Assembly: GCA_965219445.1 (NCBI GenBank)
Contig: CBDCNQ010000004.1
Span: 1,056,001 to 1,120,000, forward strand
Reading direction: 5' to 3'
Source: Longimicrobiales bacterium
Lineage (GTDB): Bacteria; Gemmatimonadota; Gemmatimonadetes; Longimicrobiales; Gaopeijiaceae
DNA: 64,000 nucleotides
Below, piece by piece: positions 1 through 10,413 of the stretch. Each line of letters starts with the position of its first letter. Position 1 is the stretch's first letter. The notes beneath the pieces are model-generated. The model saw nothing but the letters and a program-made list of their open reading frames with translations. It was not told the origin of the DNA and searched no databases. Made by a program: the position numbers and the translations under genes.

Positions 1-926
1 CCGAAAAGCAGGTGCCCCGTCGAAGCGTAGCGTGGGTTGTTTCCTAAAGTGAGGAGTCTTCTCTCGTGAGTGTCGAGGTCGATAGCCCAGATCTCGGCAT
101 CCTCACCGGTCACGGAATACCACACCTGGAACACCCCCATCCTCCCGCCGGGAAGGACCCTGAGATTGCCGTGTATCGTTTCGGGTCCTAGAAGCTCGGT
201 AACGATCTCGACCGCCTCGCTACCTCCGCCCGTGGCTGGAATTCGGCCGAGCCCTCGCCCGCCGTTGAAATACAAAGTCCCGTCGGTAGCCCAATCTGTG
301 ACCATGTAGACTTGATTGAGCAGCGTCCGGCTCGCGCCACCTTCTGGCGCCACCACTCGTAATGGAGCGGGAAATCCAGCAACGAAAGCTACTTCTCCCC
401 CGTCAGGCGACCGAGCGAACGTTACCGCACCTTCGGTTCCACGAATGGGTGCTGCATCGAGGTCGGCCCACCGCCGAGTCCACAACTGTGAGCCCTGGCC
501 TGACTCGCCCGGTCCCACGTACACCAACACGGAGCCGTCCGTCGTGAACTCCATCATGGTCCCTGTCGGACCCTGCCGCTCCTCGAAGAGCAACGCGAAT
601 CGGGTGACCGGCGTGGGAGGCTGGGGGCGGAAGAACGACCAGGCCGCGAAGACACTGGCCAGAACAGCGACTCCGGTGAGCGTCAAGAAACGGGGGGGGC
701 GGGTGGTCCGACGGGTCTCGAGGGTTTTCAGCGGCGGGAAGTGCGGCAGCGGCGCGTCGAGGAGCTGAAACAGCCGATGGGGCTCACTCAGGTCCTTGAG
801 GCGATGCTCCCCGAGATCGAGGACCCCGAAGCCGGTGTCGTCTTCCTCGATGAGGCCATGCGTCGTGTGCGAAAGGAGAACCTGGCCGCCGTGCGCTGCC
901 GCGCAGATGCGTGCCCCGCGGTGGAC
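1..926 (-). CDS. Partial (runs off left edge): C-terminal remnant of a class III adenylate/guanylate cyclase domain, TM helix and TolB-like beta-propeller; N-terminus disrupted
   Basis: Manual minus-strand translation (absent from ORF track because no stop lies in the window): VHRGARICAAAHGGQVLLS...DLGEHRLKDLSEPHRLFQL...FPPLKTL, then hydrophobic LTLTGVAVLASVFAAWSFF, then SPDGGEVAFV...NPRYASTGHLLF. Confidence 0.7.
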
Positions 927-929
927 ACC

Positions 930-1075
930 TCGAGCTACAGCATATAGTGCACGACTGCTGAGCTGATACCGGATATAGGGTGGCTCCCTTGACAACTCGA
1001 GAACGCTGCGTAGCTTAGGGCGCGTAGCTATGGAGCTACAGAGCGAAGCGAGCGAAACGGCGTTTTGACAGCCCG
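930..1075. mobile_element. Probable MITE-like remnant
   Basis: GTAGC-tatgga-GCTAC hairpin at 1024-1039 like those in the 28.8-kb element; ends in TTTTGACAGCCC, resembling an IS5/IS1182-type terminus; no partner end found. Confidence 0.35.
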
Positions 1076-1243
1076 GCCGCAACACGTTGGAGGTGGGGAA
1101 CTCGATGTCGGTGAGATCCTCACTGCAAGGCGTGCGGCCGGGTTTTTTTCCCGACCTCCCTCTGGCTCCTCTACCACCTCCCGCCCTACTTTGTCCTCCG
1201 GCCCCGAGTGCCCTTAAAGCTCCCATCCATATTGGAGGTTCCG

Positions 1244-3190
1244 GTGCGACGCTTAAGCCTCTTGCTGCTCCTTGTCCTGCCCCTTCCCGCCCTCGCTCAG
1301 GAACCCACCCACCCGCTCGACGAGCTCACCGCCACTGAGCACTGGGCACTCTACGAGACCCTCCGCGCACACGACGGCGTCGAGGAGGAGGTCGAGTTTC
1401 TCTATGCCGGGCTGAACGAGCCGCCCAAGGCCGAGATCCTGGCTTGGCGGCCCGGCCGGCCGTTCGGCAGACAGGCGCGGGTACATCTGGTCCAGTCCCA
1501 CACGGGCTACGAGGCCGTGGTGGACGTGGCCAACCGCACCGTCCTCGAGTTTCGCGAGGTCACCGACCGTCAGTACATGCGGGGGCCCATGGACCGGCGC
1601 GCCCTGAGCGAGCTCAAGGAGCACCCGGACATGGTGGCCGCCTTCGAGGCTCGGGGAATCACGGACCTGAGCAAGGTGCGGTGCAGCGTCGGTTCCGACG
1701 CCTACTTCGATACGGAAGAAGAGCGCGGCCGGAGGGTGGGCCGGGCTCGGTGCACGAACCAGGTGGGACGGGTGTCCGGCCTGGGCGTTCCCATCGAAAA
1801 CCTCGTCGCCATCGTGGACCAGCAAAGCGGCGATGTGCTCCGGATCATCGATGATGGCCCCACCGGCGCCGCCGCGCCCTCCATCGGAGAGCACCACCCC
1901 GAGGCACTGGGGCCGGCCCGCAAGCCGCTACCCCCCATGATCATCTCCCAGCCCGAGGGACCCGGCTACGAGCTCGACGGCCATGAGGTGAGCTGGGAGG
2001 GCTGGCGCTTCCACTTCCGGGTGGACCAGCGCCGGGGCCTCGTGCTTTCGCGGGTGGGTCATCAGGAGGGTGACGAGTTCCGGTCGGTGCTCTACCAGGC
2101 ATCCCTTTCCGAGCTGTTCGTCCCCTACCAAGACCCCGCGGAGCCCTGGAATCACCAGGCCTACTATGACCTCGGCTCGTATCCCTCGAGCTTCGGCGGC
2201 GTGGCAAGCGCCATGGAGCCCGGACGGGACTGTCCGGCCCACGCTACCTTCTTCGACACATGGGTCGTGCAGCCCGATGGGGCGCCGAGGGAACGACAGC
2301 GCGTGGCCTGCCTGTACGAACGGCCCGGAGCCGAGCCGGCATGGCGCCACACCCGCGACGGTGGCGTGGTGGAGAGCCGCGCCCGCCGTGACTTGGTCCT
2401 TCGCATGATCATGGGAGCGGGGAACTACGACTACCTCTTCGACTGGGTCTTCATGCAGTCTGGTGTAATCCGTGTGAACCTGGCTGCCACGGGAATCGAC
2501 CAGATGAAGTCCGTGAGAGCCAAGAACGCCACAGAGGATACGGGCAATTCCGACGGTCGCTACGGGCGGTTCGTGGCTCCCCACCTGGTGGCCGTGAACC
2601 ATAGCCACGTCTTCAACTTCAGGTTCGACTTCGACATCGATGGGCGGGACAACAGCCTGGTCGTGGACCGTCTCGTCACCGAGCGCCAAGGCAACGACAA
2701 CCCCCGGCGCAGCGTCTGGCGGGTCGAAAGCGAGGTTGCCAAGCGCGAAATAGACGCCAAGCGCACGGCCTTGCTGACGGCTCCGGAACGCTGGCGGGTG
2801 GTGAACTCATCTCGGATCGGTCCCACCGGCTACCCCAGCGGCTACATGGTCGAGGGACACGGGATCATGAGCCTCCTGAGCCAGGACGATTACCTGCAGC
2901 AGCGCGCCGGGTTCACCGAACACACGCTCTGGGCCACCCAAATGAACCCACGGGAGCTCTTCGCGGCCGGTGACTACCCCACCAATGGTGCCGCTGGTCA
3001 GGGACTTCCTAAGTGGACCGAGGCCAATCGGGACATCGAGAACACCGACATCGTGCTCTGGTACACGACCGGCTTCCATCACGTGGCCCGTCCGGAGGAT
3101 TGGCCGATCCTTCCGCTGGAGCTTCACGGCTTCAATCTCATCCCAGCAGGGTTCTTCGACCGAAATCCGGCCATCGATCTGCCGCGGTGA
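1244..3190 (+). CDS. tynA: Copper-containing primary amine oxidase (TPQ), Sec signal peptide
   Basis: GNYDYLFDW TPQ motif, NHSH and GFHH-RPEDWP copper ligands, YYDLGSY catalytic Asp region; GGAGG precedes GTG 1244; signal LSLLLLLVLPLPALA-Q. Confidence 0.92.
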   Translation: MRRLSLLLLLVLPLPALAQEPTHPLDELTATEHWALYETLRAHDGVEEEVEFLYAGLNEPPKAEILAWRPGRPFGRQARVHLVQSHTGYEAVVDVANRTVLEFREVTDRQYMRGPMDRRALSELKEHPDMVAAFEARGITDLSKVRCSVGSDAYFDTEEERGRRVGRARCTNQVGRVSGLGVPIENLVAIVDQQSGDVLRIIDDGPTGAAAPSIGEHHPEALGPARKPLPPMIISQPEGPGYELDGHEVSWEGWRFHFRVDQRRGLVLSRVGHQEGDEFRSVLYQASLSELFVPYQDPAEPWNHQAYYDLGSYPSSFGGVASAMEPGRDCPAHATFFDTWVVQPDGAPRERQRVACLYERPGAEPAWRHTRDGGVVESRARRDLVLRMIMGAGNYDYLFDWVFMQSGVIRVNLAATGIDQMKSVRAKNATEDTGNSDGRYGRFVAPHLVAVNHSHVFNFRFDFDIDGRDNSLVVDRLVTERQGNDNPRRSVWRVESEVAKREIDAKRTALLTAPERWRVVNSSRIGPTGYPSGYMVEGHGIMSLLSQDDYLQQRAGFTEHTLWATQMNPRELFAAGDYPTNGAAGQGLPKWTEANRDIENTDIVLWYTTGFHHVARPEDWPILPLELHGFNLIPAGFFDRNPAIDLPR

Positions 3191-3303
3191 TCTCGAGCGG
3201 GCCCAGGGCGCCTCTACAGCCGACCCTTGGCCCTGGTGCGTCTCGCATGAAGGCGCCGCGATGTCCTCGCCGACAGCGCGGGACTCATCGCTGGGGAGCG
3301 GGC

Positions 3304-3522
3304 TCAGGTAATGAGGATGGCGAGAAACCTGGCGCCCGTCTCTGCTGTGGTGGCGAGGACATTAATAGCCCCGTACAGAAGGGTACCGAGTATCAAGAGC
3401 CCGATGAGCGGGTGACGCTGGAGGAATCTCTGAGCGGGTTTCTTCGTTCTGCACCACGGGCAAGCATCTGCTCTGGGACTCACCATGTGACCGCAATCGC
3501 GGCACGGCTTCAAGCTCGCCAT
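3304..3522 (-). CDS. Small zinc-ribbon membrane protein
   Basis: CRDCG...CPWC zinc ribbon followed by a hydrophobic segment; G-rich RBS before ATG 3522. Confidence 0.65.
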   Translation of the reverse strand: MASLKPCRDCGHMVSPRADACPWCRTKKPAQRFLQRHPLIGLLILGTLLYGAINVLATTAETGARFLAILIT

Positions 3523-3912
3523 GCGTCTCCCCCCCTCGTCCACGGCATCGGGCTCGACACTGCTTTCTGCATGCCGAATTCGGGTCCAGTCACGGAAAAA
3601 TGTGTTTCTCATTGCAAAGTAGGTGACGGTTCTCATTTCGACAACCGAGCGAGCCCCTCTATCCCACAGACGTAGCTATACTACTCGGTTCTCGAGGATA
3701 CTGTTGATGCGATAACCCACGTTTTCCCGGTCAGTGCCGGCTTTGAGTAACGGAAACATATGCTTCCTTCCTCGCCGGCGGCCGTTCCCCACCTGCCTCA
3801 CAGTCGCACTGACCATCGGCGAGTACTGGCGTCCGCTCGTGCGACATCCCACGTTGAATCGCCGCACGATCTGACGCGGCATGGGCGAGCCACCCACGAA
3901 GAGGAGGCTATC

Positions 3913-4269
3913 ATGTCGACGACGCGATCGTTTCTGCTTTTGGGCCTCCTTGCAGTACTTCCCGTTTGCGCATCCGCGCAGGAGATCGGGCCGGCGCGTG
4001 GCAGCCTTGTGATCAGCGGTGGTGGCGAAACAACGAGCCACATCAGGGAGCGGTTCATCGAGCTGGCCGGCGGCCCCGACGCTCCGATCGTGGTCGTTCC
4101 CACGTCCGGCCGGGATGACGAGAGATACAACGCGTCTTGCCCGTGCCTACAACGCTTTCGGGATGCCGGCGCGCGGAATCTGACGGTGCTGCACACGTGG
4201 GATCGGAACGTAGCCAACACGAACGCGTTCGTGGAGCCGCTACGCCAGGCACGCGGAGTTTGGTTGTAG
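3913..4269 (+). pseudogene. Truncated secreted cyanophycinase-like (peptidase S51) gene
   Basis: Signal peptide, GSLVISGGG, FIELAGGPDAPIVVVPTS, LRQARGVWL then stop; the GG and GxSAG catalytic half is missing in all frames before the next gene. Confidence 0.75.
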
Positions 4270-4329
4270 GGCCCCATCCTCCGAAGCCGCGGAAACCGCC
4301 GTCCAGTCAAGCCAGAGGAGGCCGAACTG

Positions 4330-5682
4330 ATGTCGCAGAACCTGGAGCTAAATCGCAGAGCGTTCCTCAAGAGTGCGGGAGTGACAGCGGTCCTTGGCGC
4401 CGTCGGTACGAAATCCGCGTCGGCGATCCAGGCGAGCAATCTACCGGCCGCGCCGCCCTATCCCACGTACGACTTCGATGAGGTCTTCGACCGCGTCGGC
4501 ACCGACTGCAGCAAGTGGGACAGCCCCATCGCGACTTTCGGGGAGGATATCGAGGTCGCGATGGGGATCGCGGACATGGACTTCCGAGTGGCCCCGTGCG
4601 TCACCAGGGCCCTTGCTGAGCGCTGCGCGCACGAGAATTGGGGCTATCTGAGGAGGCCTGAGTCGTACGTCCAATCGATCGTGGACTGGAACAAGCGACG
4701 GTACGGTCTGGACATCGACCCCGAAACCGTCGTTTTGAACACCGGCGTCCATGCGGGCCTCATCGCCGGACTGCAGACGTTCTCGCCTCCCGGATCCCGG
4801 GTACTTCTGACCGCTCCAGTCTACAGTGGGTTCTACAGTGATCTCCGCTTCACCAGGACCGTGCCCGAAGATAGTCCCATGAGGCTCGTCGACGGGCGCT
4901 ACTCGATAGACTTCGAAGACTTCGAGCGCCGGGCCAGTCGCACCAACGTGTTTATCCTCTGCAATCCACAGAACCCGACGGGCAACCTGTGGTCTGCGGA
5001 GGACATGACGCAGATGGGAGAAATCTGCCTCGAGCACCGCGTCGTCATGCTCGTCGACGAGATTCATTGCGATTTCGTCAGAAGCGACGAGCAGTACATA
5101 CCGTTCGCGAGTCTGCCCAATAGGGAGATCGTGAACAACAGCATCACGTTCAAGTCGGCGAGCAAGTCGTTCAGTCTATCGGGCATGAAGGCCGCTTGGT
5201 ACTTCTCGACCAACCGAGACTACGTCGAGAGGGTGACGGCGAACACGAGAGCGGACTTGAATACGCTCGGCATGGTCGCGACCCGGGCCGCCCTGACCGA
5301 AGGGGACGAGTGGCTGGACGAGTCGCTCGTGTACCTCGACGGCAACCACGACTTCGCCGAGACCTACATCAGGGACCACATGCCGCTCGTGAAGTACCGG
5401 AAGGCCCAAGGAACGTACCTGGCCTGGCTGGACGTCAGTGAGGTCGTCGAGAGGATCGGCGCCGAGCGGACGGCTACCGAAGAGAATGCGATCTCGGAAA
5501 CAGAAGTGACGCCTGAGAGGATCGTTCAGCGGTGGTTCGCCGAGAACGCGAGGGTCTACCTGAATCCCGGATCGTCCTACGGCACCGGGGGTGCGGGACA
5601 CATGCGCATGAATCTCGCGACCACCCGAGGGCTCGTAGAACGGGCCCTCGAGAATATGGCGAGTGCGCTAGCGGAGGCGTAG
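4330..5682 (+). CDS. MalY/PatB-family PLP enzyme (cystathionine beta-lyase-like) with twin-arginine leader
   Basis: ADMDF, LCNPQNPTG, DEIHCD, SASKSF (PLP Lys), RMNLA; N-terminus NRRAFLK, hydrophobic stretch, ASA. Confidence 0.9.
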   Translation: MSQNLELNRRAFLKSAGVTAVLGAVGTKSASAIQASNLPAAPPYPTYDFDEVFDRVGTDCSKWDSPIATFGEDIEVAMGIADMDFRVAPCVTRALAERCAHENWGYLRRPESYVQSIVDWNKRRYGLDIDPETVVLNTGVHAGLIAGLQTFSPPGSRVLLTAPVYSGFYSDLRFTRTVPEDSPMRLVDGRYSIDFEDFERRASRTNVFILCNPQNPTGNLWSAEDMTQMGEICLEHRVVMLVDEIHCDFVRSDEQYIPFASLPNREIVNNSITFKSASKSFSLSGMKAAWYFSTNRDYVERVTANTRADLNTLGMVATRAALTEGDEWLDESLVYLDGNHDFAETYIRDHMPLVKYRKAQGTYLAWLDVSEVVERIGAERTATEENAISETEVTPERIVQRWFAENARVYLNPGSSYGTGGAGHMRMNLATTRGLVERALENMASALAEA

Positions 5683-5687
5683 GACGC

Positions 5688-5722
5688 TACCGCCCGGCGG
5701 CTGGGTACACCGCCGGGCGGTA
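5688..5722. terminator. Hairpin between convergent genes
   Basis: 13-bp perfect stem TACCGCCCGGCGG / CCGCCGGGCGGTA. Confidence 0.55.
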
Positions 5723-5755
5723 ATGAAGAGCCGTCGAGGTCCTCAGGTCAATACG

Positions 5756-6904
5756 TTACGCCAATACCTTCCGGAACACCTGGACCGCCATCTCCATCTC
5801 CTCCATCGTCCCGAGCGAAATCCGGGAGTACGTGTGCTCCAGGGGCGGAAAGTCCCTGCCTACGCGCACCTTCTGTGCCAGGCACGCGTCGCGGAACTCG
5901 CTCGCCGGACGCCCGAGGTCCAGAAAGATGTGGTTGGTGTGGCTGGCGGGTGTCTCGAACCCCATGTCCCGGAACGCCGCGAGCGTGAACTCGCGAACCC
6001 GGGCGTTCTCCTCGCGTTCCTCATCGATATGTCCCGTATCCGTGAGCGACGCGATCGAGGCGGCGGCGGAAAGCGTGTTCACGCTACCGAGACCCCACGC
6101 CGAACGGATCGCACTGAGGGTCTCGAGTTGGCCGATCGCGTAACCGACCCTCAGACCCGCCATCCCATGTGCCTTCGACATGGACCGGGTGACAAAGACG
6201 CTCGAAAACTCCTGTGTCAACGGAGCCGCGGTCCTGACCGCCGGGTCAGACGCATAGTCGATATACGCCTCGTCGAGCAGGATCTTCGTGTCGGGTGATG
6301 CCCGCATCACCCGTCGGACAAAGTCCTCCACATCAGCCGCCTTGTGCACCGTCCCGGTCGGATTGTTCGGGTTGCAGAAGAACACCATGCCCGCCCCGGG
6401 CGCGGCCGCTACCATCGCATCGATATCCAGTCCCAGCGAGCCGTCGACGGGGATAAACTTGATCGGCGCGCCGATCCGGCTCGCCGTCGCGTCGGGCCTG
6501 CCATAGCTCGGCGCCCCGGTGACCAGCGGCTTGGTCGCCGAACAGAAGGCGCGGGTCGCTCCCTCGAGGAGGGGACCCGAGCCCGTAGACACGATGACAT
6601 TCTCGTCCTCGACGTGGTACTTCTCGGCGATCGTCGTTACCAGCTCGTTCGTGTGGTCGGGCGGATAGCCCCGCCCCGCCCTGAACGAGATCGTTTCGTG
6701 CAGCGCCTGCATCGCATTCGGGCCAGGTCCCCGGGCGTTCTCATTGGAGCTGATCCGGAGGATGCCGTCGTCATAGGGCATCTGCTCCACCTCGGGCTCG
6801 AACTCCTCCGCCTCCAGGCCACGGCCGATGATGAGCGAGCTGGAAAGGACTCCGGCCGTACCCATGCCGACCGTTTGAGCGAACCCGCGACGTGTCAACG
6901 ACAT
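5756..6904 (-). CDS. HisC-like class I/II aminotransferase with twin-arginine leader
   Basis: ISSNEN, CNPNNPTG, DEAY, RSMSKAHGMAGLRVGY, RISLGT; N-terminus TRRGFAQ. Confidence 0.9.
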   Translation of the reverse strand: MSLTRRGFAQTVGMGTAGVLSSSLIIGRGLEAEEFEPEVEQMPYDDGILRISSNENARGPGPNAMQALHETISFRAGRGYPPDHTNELVTTIAEKYHVEDENVIVSTGSGPLLEGATRAFCSATKPLVTGAPSYGRPDATASRIGAPIKFIPVDGSLGLDIDAMVAAAPGAGMVFFCNPNNPTGTVHKAADVEDFVRRVMRASPDTKILLDEAYIDYASDPAVRTAAPLTQEFSSVFVTRSMSKAHGMAGLRVGYAIGQLETLSAIRSAWGLGSVNTLSAAASIASLTDTGHIDEEREENARVREFTLAAFRDMGFETPASHTNHIFLDLGRPASEFRDACLAQKVRVGRDFPPLEHTYSRISLGTMEEMEMAVQVFRKVLA

Positions 6905-7035
6905 GACATCCTCCCTGCACCGGCTAAGCCGGCACGCTGAAAGAACGGACTGACTCGCGCCGCATCATAACGCCATTGAGGCGCGAAATCCAAGTACGGT
7001 TGGTACGGAGATGAGCTCCGACCGGCTCTACCCAA

Positions 7036-9198
7036 TCACGGCAACGCGTACGCCACAAGCGAGCCCGGAAAGTCCGTTCGGAAGCTACCGATCTGCACGA
7101 CGACGTACTGCTTGCCTTCGTGCATGTAGGTCATCATCCCGTACTGGCCGGGGGCCGGAAGATCGACGCTCCCCAGGATCTCGCCGGTCCGCTTGTCGCG
7201 GGCATGGAGCTCCAGCGGAGCGTCGGGGTCATACTGCGCTTCGCCTTGACTGAGCGCCCTGGTCTGGACCAGGAGATCGCCCGCGACCATCTGGATCGAC
7301 CAGCCGACTCCCCCCGAATTGGGAACGTCCACGCCCGCCAGAAGCGGGTGGTTCCTGATCCGCTCGGGAGTCTCGCCGACCGGCAACGACCAGATGCGCC
7401 TGCCCATGTTCATCTGGAAAGCCGTGAGCTGGTTGTCCATGGGCTTGTAGAGCCGCAGGCCCTCGATCGTCGGCAGCCCCCCGCCGCTGCCGGGTAACCA
7501 CGCTGATACTGTGGTGCCCGTGGTGGGAGTACTGTTGGGGGTAGCGCCGCCATCACCAGGTACGGCATAGGCCGTGACCTCCCTGTCCTCCCCGCCCGTG
7601 GGCTCCATGAACCCGGGGGCGTTGCAGCCCCGTCTGTGCGACGCGTACATCATTCCCGTGGTGGGATCCGCGACCGGAGGGTGGGGAATGACGTTCCCCC
7701 CCGCTGTGCAGCCGACGTTGTTGACGAAGTCGTTGTCGTGGTCGAAGGGAAGAGGCGGCACGTAGAGACCCCCGATCTGGTACTGACTCAGCATGATCTG
7801 CGCCTGCGCCTTCAGATCCGGCGTGTAGTCGATGACGAACTCTTCGGTCAGCCCGCTCAATATGATCGGGTCGACAGGTTCCGGCAGCGTCGGGTAGGGC
7901 TGCGTGGCCGCCGTATAGTTTCCGGGGACTTGGGTCTGAATGACCGGACGCTCCTCGATGGGCCAGATGGGCTCGCCGGTCTCCCGGTTGAACGCGAATA
8001 CGAGGCCCTGCTTCGTGTTCTGGATGACCGCGGGGATCTCCTCTCCGTCCACCGTCAGATCCATCAGAATGGGCGCCGCCGGAAGGTCGTAGTTCCACTG
8101 GTCGCTGTGGTGGATCTGGAAGTGCCACCTCCGCTCGCCCGTCTGGACGTCCAACGCGAGGAGGCTGCCGCCGAAGAGGTTGTGCCCCGGCCGATGGCCC
8201 GCATAAGTCTGGACCGTCGAGGCGTTCGTCACGAAGTACACGAGCCCCAGCTCCGGGTCGGCGGACGCGGGAGCCCATGACGACAGGTCGCCCGACCACT
8301 GCCAGGCGTCGTTCTCCCACGTCTCGTGGCCGAACTCCCCGGGCCGGGGAATGATGTGGAACTTCCAGAGGAACTCTCCGGTTCTGGCGTCGAACCCCAT
8401 GATGTCGCCCGGGATGTTTTCGACCCGGGTCTGGCCGTAGCTGGGCTGGTGGCCCACGAGGACCACGACCACCCCGTTCACCACGATCGGCGGCGCCGAG
8501 GCGGTGACCATGCCGAGCTCCCTCGGGACCCCGTAATCGGGGTCGTATGGTCCTTCGTCCCAGCGCTCCCACGGGCCCCAGCCCTCCAGGAGCTGCTGGA
8601 CCAGGTCGACGACCCCGGTCTGTGAGAAATCATCGAGCGGTACGGGTGCCCCCCAGTCCTCCAGGGGCCGGCCCGTCTTGGCGTCGAGCGCCCAAAGGAA
8701 AAAGCCGGGGGTCGTGATATAGATCACTCCGCGGCCGTCCACCTCACCGTACGCGACCCCCTTCCCATAAGACCGCCTCGGAGAACGCAAGAATCTGGTG
8801 GTCTCTGGCTCCCGAAAGACCCAGAGCGTCTCGCCCGTGGCGGGATCGATCGCCACCACCTGCCGGCGCGGAGTGGCCACCGTGTAGAGCATCCCGTCGA
8901 CGTAGATCGGGGTGGAGCGGGCAAAGTAGTCGATGTTGGGGCCGAAGTTGTCGCCCCGCCAGATCCACTGCACCTCGAGGTCCTCAAAGTTGTTGGCGTT
9001 GATTTGGCTCAGGGGCGAGGAGCGGGTGTGCCCGGCATCGCCACCCAGATAGCGCCATTCACCGTTCTCGGTCCCTGTCAAGCGCTGGGCGAAGGCGCTC
9101 GCCGCCGCTGTCATCAAGACTGCGAACCCGAGGCCGAGGCAAGACACCAGAGTCCGCGTTCGGAAGGGTCGAAGCTCAACTTTCATCATGTTCGTCAT
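7036..9198 (-). CDS. PQQ-dependent dehydrogenase (glucose/quinate-type), secreted
   Basis: Signal peptide; EWRYLGGD, Trp-docking propeller repeats (AIDPATGETLW, ALDAKTG, FDARTGEFLW), HHSDQWNYD, MTYMHEGKQYVV. Confidence 0.88.
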   Translation of the reverse strand: MTNMMKVELRPFRTRTLVSCLGLGFAVLMTAAASAFAQRLTGTENGEWRYLGGDAGHTRSSPLSQINANNFEDLEVQWIWRGDNFGPNIDYFARSTPIYVDGMLYTVATPRRQVVAIDPATGETLWVFREPETTRFLRSPRRSYGKGVAYGEVDGRGVIYITTPGFFLWALDAKTGRPLEDWGAPVPLDDFSQTGVVDLVQQLLEGWGPWERWDEGPYDPDYGVPRELGMVTASAPPIVVNGVVVVLVGHQPSYGQTRVENIPGDIMGFDARTGEFLWKFHIIPRPGEFGHETWENDAWQWSGDLSSWAPASADPELGLVYFVTNASTVQTYAGHRPGHNLFGGSLLALDVQTGERRWHFQIHHSDQWNYDLPAAPILMDLTVDGEEIPAVIQNTKQGLVFAFNRETGEPIWPIEERPVIQTQVPGNYTAATQPYPTLPEPVDPIILSGLTEEFVIDYTPDLKAQAQIMLSQYQIGGLYVPPLPFDHDNDFVNNVGCTAGGNVIPHPPVADPTTGMMYASHRRGCNAPGFMEPTGGEDREVTAYAVPGDGGATPNSTPTTGTTVSAWLPGSGGGLPTIEGLRLYKPMDNQLTAFQMNMGRRIWSLPVGETPERIRNHPLLAGVDVPNSGGVGWSIQMVAGDLLVQTRALSQGEAQYDPDAPLELHARDKRTGEILGSVDLPAPGQYGMMTYMHEGKQYVVVQIGSFRTDFPGSLVAYALP

Positions 9199-9282
9199 CC
9201 CTCATTCCTCCCTGATTCCTCGCCTCAATGGAGCAGAGTCGTAACCCTTATGGAGTTGCGACCGATGGAACCGTCCTCTCAA

Positions 9283-10413
9283 TCACGGGTTGGAGTCATT
9301 CGATCCCTGCGCCTCCATTCTCTCCTCATAACGCGCGCCGCTCAGAACGCCGGCCATACTGTAGTTCCCCTCGTGGCAGGCGTACTCGTAGAGCATGTCG
9401 TCGAACTTATTGAGCGGGACCTCTCCTCCCCAGGCTTGAGTGTACATCGTCGGATCCTCAACGGTGAATTCGTAAAGGATCGTCTCTTCGTCGACCCGAG
9501 TGAAGCGTTCGGTCACCCTCATGTGCTCCGAGGGGGGGACTCCCTGGAGAGCCTGTTGTGGATTGAGGTTCGTCGTCTCGACCACGAGTGCGTCGCCCTC
9601 CCACCGAGCCCAAGAGTCACCGAACCACGGGCGTATGTGTGTGGGCAGCCGCGGCCCGTCACCGATCCGGATAATCCGCGCGTCGTGGATCATCTCGACC
9701 ATAATCATCACGTGATCCGCCGTCTGTACGATCGTGAAGTTGCCGTTGTAGGAGGTTTTGGGGACCATGGGGGGTCCGGCAGGGTTGGACGAGGAACTGT
9801 TAATGATGCAGCGTTCGCCGAGTGGTCTCAGCTCCGGGTGGTCGTAGAGGCCAAATTGGGCCCGGAGGTCCTCGTACTCCTGGACCTGCCGCTCGCCCTC
9901 CGGCGTGAGGGCCGGACGGCGCCCATTCGCCGGATGGGTGATAAGAGAGGTTCTGGGCTCGCCATCGACGATCGCTACCCGCGAGCCCCGATCCCAATAG
10001 ACCTCGCTGTACTCCGCGCCACTCAGTCGACGCTCATTACTCAGAGACGCATCCCCTTGGTTGTCCTCCCTTCCGCACTCGACCGTCCCTGGGTTAGCGG
10101 GGCAATCTCCTGATGGCTGCTCCATCTCCTCCACTTCCGCCCATGTGAACACCGGACCCCTACCCTCTTCCCGCTCGAATGGAGTGAGCGTCATGTTCGT
10201 CCAGTTCCCCTGAAGGTCCGGATGGCCGTCGGGTGTCCTGGGGACTTCCCACTTCCCAGTGTCGGAGGCTCTGTTCTGCGCCGCCGCGGTCGTGACGACG
10301 CCAGGTGCTGAGGTTGCACAGAGAACGGCAAAAAACAGAGCCGAGTAACGCAACATCACTTCTTGGCCTCGGCCACCAAGCCCTCGATCACCCACCGCAA
10401 TACGATTGCTCAT
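9283..10413 (-). CDS. Uncharacterised secreted protein, PDLQGNW...YACHEGN family, paralogue 1
   Basis: Signal peptide; strong similarity to 10488-11612 and 58695-59807. Confidence 0.85.
   Translation of the reverse strand: MSNRIAVGDRGLGGRGQEVMLRYSALFFAVLCATSAPGVVTTAAAQNRASDTGKWEVPRTPDGHPDLQGNWTNMTLTPFEREEGRGPVFTWAEVEEMEQPSGDCPANPGTVECGREDNQGDASLSNERRLSGAEYSEVYWDRGSRVAIVDGEPRTSLITHPANGRRPALTPEGERQVQEYEDLRAQFGLYDHPELRPLGERCIINSSSSNPAGPPMVPKTSYNGNFTIVQTADHVMIMVEMIHDARIIRIGDGPRLPTHIRPWFGDSWARWEGDALVVETTNLNPQQALQGVPPSEHMRVTERFTRVDEETILYEFTVEDPTMYTQAWGGEVPLNKFDDMLYEYACHEGNYSMAGVLSGARYEERMEAQGSNDSNP

Noticed and set aside
3606..3637. TTCTCATT twice as a Fur-like box
   Set aside because: Only direct half-sites 24 bp apart, with no palindrome
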